This document shows positions 61,746-64,000 of a stretch of DNA of 64,000 nt, in pieces (within the stretch, counting starts at the first letter, position 1; each line of letters begins with the position of its first letter). The DNA is from Nostoc sp. DedSLP01. Its GTDB lineage: Bacteria; Cyanobacteriota; Cyanobacteriia; Cyanobacteriales; Nostocaceae. The position numbers were made by a program, and so were the translations under genes. Under the pieces are notes generated by a model. It saw only the letters and a program-made list of their open reading frames with translations. It did no database searches and was not told where the DNA came from. The stretch lies in assembly GCA_034530875.2 (NCBI GenBank), contig JAVRCJ020000002.1:224001-288000 (forward strand), read 5' to 3'.

Positions 61746-62811
61746 AGGTTACGGCCGCAGCTGACACCGAGTTTACTGCTTGAGTGAGTTCTTGGAGTTT
61801 AGCTGCTACCACACCATTAGTAAATAATTCTTCTGCCTTAGCCAAACCCTCTGGCATATTTGGACAAATACCACTCCGCCATAGATAAAATCCGCCATTC
61901 CACAAAGCGGTTTGCATTAATTCTCCTGGTTTGCCTGCTAAAACATCTTGAATATCCGCCACCAGTTCTTCAGTAGTTCCCAGGGGTACATTTTTGGTTG
62001 TAAAGCCGTAATCGCGCGGTACAAGATGCAATCTTTCTATCTCTGGGGATGCTACCGATGAAGATAAGCCGACGATCGCAGTGCGATCGCGCGGTAAGTC
62101 ACAACTACCTTCCAATCCCTTCACCAACGTAAATTTTGTTACTCCCCGCAGCTCTAAAGCTATCTGAAACATCCCTTCAGTCGGCGGATGAACAAACCCG
62201 GAAATTATATGAGCATCGCCAGCATAAGGACACCAAATTAGCTCCATTGTTGCAAAAGGCGGACGTTTGCCAAGTTGGTCGCGGTACTCCCAAATACTTA
62301 AACTTAAGGGGAAATGCTGAGGCAAATAAATAAAGCCAATTCCCGTTTCTGCAAACACTTGCTGGGTTTTTGCTAGCGGTAAGGCAGTCCAATCGACTCC
62401 TAAACCCTGCCAAATATCTATTAAAGGTAACCCGTACTTAGTTGGCAAGCGATCGCCTCCGTGCATTATCGCTGGTTGTCCGGCGGCGGCAAGTAACAAA
62501 GCTGTCACTGGGCTAATTGGTGCAGTGCGGGTTCTGCCATCGTAAGGGACGCCCAAAACGATTGGTAGGCGTTCAGAAACGATTGGTTGCAGTTTTGGTC
62601 CCAGTTCATAATACGCATCCAACATTCCTGCTAACTCTTCTCCCGTGGGGCGCTTGATGCGATGAGCAATCAAAAACGCTCCTATTTGGGCTGGTGTAGC
62701 TTCACCAAGCAGCATCATTTTAGTAGCGGTGGCTGCTTGGGCGCGAGTTAAATTTTCGGCTGTATGGTTACCGCTGCCTACTTTTTGCACAAATTCCCTA
62801 AAATTGGTCAT
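61735..62811 (-). CDS. cnaT: Anthranilate phosphoribosyltransferase-like (TrpD2/YbiB) protein, CnaT type
   Basis: AQIGAFLIAHRIK, YDGRTRT, RDQLGKRPP; directly downstream of ntcB-like gene. Confidence 0.75.
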   Translation of the reverse strand: MTNFREFVQKVGSGNHTAENLTRAQAATATKMMLLGEATPAQIGAFLIAHRIKRPTGEELAGMLDAYYELGPKLQPIVSERLPIVLGVPYDGRTRTAPISPVTALLLAAAGQPAIMHGGDRLPTKYGLPLIDIWQGLGVDWTALPLAKTQQVFAETGIGFIYLPQHFPLSLSIWEYRDQLGKRPPFATMELIWCPYAGDAHIISGFVHPPTEGMFQIALELRGVTKFTLVKGLEGSCDLPRDRTAIVGLSSSVASPEIERLHLVPRDYGFTTKNVPLGTTEELVADIQDVLAGKPGELMQTALWNGGFYLWRSGICPNMPEGLAKAEELFTNGVVAAKLQELTQAVNSVSAAAVTFRA

Positions 62812-62894
62812 TAGTTATTAGTCCTTAGTCATTAGTCATTAGTTTAGTTAACAATAACCAATGCCCCATGCCCCATGCCCAATACCCATAAAAT

Positions 62895-63842
62895 TTAACT
62901 AGCCGATCGCTGCTGGTGAATTTGCAGTGGGATATTTTCCAGCACGAGTTGCCAAAAGTGCTTGATGGGAGGGATTTGCAGGCGGTCTTGAGTGGTGACC
63001 ATTACTACCCGACGAGTCAAACTAGAACTATCTTGTAAATTACCAGTACTATTGCTGGCTAGGGAACGAATTGCTAAAGTTGGGTCTTGGCGTGCTTCTA
63101 TTAATGCTGATTGAGGTAATAAAGCTATGAGTTCCCCTTGGCGCACTACTCCGCGGAAGGCATCTAGGGTATTTACCTCTAAAGCTGCTTGGAGTCTAGC
63201 CTCCATACGCTCAAATCTATCTTGTATCAAACGCTGCATCCCATAACCATCTTTAAAAACCACTTGCGGATAACGAATTAACTCTGACCAAGGGATAAAT
63301 TCATGTTGGGCTAGGGGATGATTGGCAGCGGCTAAAACTTCTATAGGTTCCTCGTAAAGTACTTCTAATACCATTTCTCTACCAGTAGTTAAGAAGCGAT
63401 TATTCATAACGATCGCTAAATCTACCAATCCATCTTTGAGGACTTTCAAGGCGCGATCGCTTCCTAATGAAGTCACCCGCAATTGCACATCTGGATAATC
63501 ATGACAAAACTGTTGCAACACTGGCGGTAAGTAAGAACCGCACAAGGAATGAATCGCCGCAATGCAAAGTTCTGGCTGTTTTCCGGCGATCAAATCGGCT
63601 AATTCTTCTGTAGCAGTCTGCCATTCTTGGCAAATTTTGCGGACGCGAGGTAGCAAACGTTCGCCTGCTAGCGTCAGCTTGGCATGGCTGGTTCTGTGAA
63701 ACAGTTCTGTTCCCAAATCAGCTTCTAGGGCTTGGATTTGGCGACTAATCGTCGATTGCGTAACACCAGATGTTCGCGCTGCTTGTTGAAAGCTGCCGGT
63801 TTGGGCGATCGCTAGAAAGGCTTGCAACTGCTCTAAGCGCAT
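62895..63842 (-). CDS. ntcB: LysR regulator of nitrate assimilation NtcB
   Basis: MRLEQLQAFLAIA..GSFQQAA HTH, LGSDRALKVLKDG, VFKDGYGMQR; synteny with cnaT. Confidence 0.82.
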   Translation of the reverse strand: MRLEQLQAFLAIAQTGSFQQAARTSGVTQSTISRQIQALEADLGTELFHRTSHAKLTLAGERLLPRVRKICQEWQTATEELADLIAGKQPELCIAAIHSLCGSYLPPVLQQFCHDYPDVQLRVTSLGSDRALKVLKDGLVDLAIVMNNRFLTTGREMVLEVLYEEPIEVLAAANHPLAQHEFIPWSELIRYPQVVFKDGYGMQRLIQDRFERMEARLQAALEVNTLDAFRGVVRQGELIALLPQSALIEARQDPTLAIRSLASNSTGNLQDSSSLTRRVVMVTTQDRLQIPPIKHFWQLVLENIPLQIHQQRSAS

Positions 63843-64000
63843 GTTTATCTAGCCTGTATTAGATTTATAGGTTTCATACTGAATTGTTACTTCATAACTT
63901 CTAGGAGTTCGCTAGGTCTGTGAATTAAATAATCTGGATTTTGCTTGGCTAGTATTTCCGATGAATTAAAACCCCAAGTCACCGCTATAACTTGGATATT

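Overview
64-kb chromosomal window from a heterocyst-forming cyanobacterium (Nostocales-like). Support: very frequent HIP1 octamers (GCGATCGC), STRR-type heptamer repeats, a hetP-family gene with HetR boxes, petN, pex and ntcB-cnaT. Most of it is core genome: pntA1/A2/B, the rpmH-rnpA-PH-yidC-jag-yceD-ycf46 cluster, sbcC, hik2, ccb1, serS-rseP-nth, rpsN, aat, ftsX, def, a GH116 hydrolase, rpe and an LCP gene. Small accessory patches carry TA modules, an SMI1/KNR4 gene and MITEs. Four short genes are missing from the ORF track: petN, a 54-aa membrane protein, rpmH and a 59-aa ORF. The best candidates for under-described biology are: (i) an ethylene-binding hybrid kinase plus REC-kinase clustered with a multi-GAF cyanobacteriochrome kinase; (ii) a secreted Glu-His-Ser subtilase next to a lipoprotein serpin; (iii) a 2.2-kb leader with two HetR boxes in front of a hetP-like gene lacking hetC; (iv) a repeat-punctuated TA cassette patch; (v) a pair of envelope paralogs with three ECF-type promoters. 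No CRISPR array, tRNA, rRNA or autonomous transposase was recognised. All assignments come from recognising motifs by eye; no database search was run.
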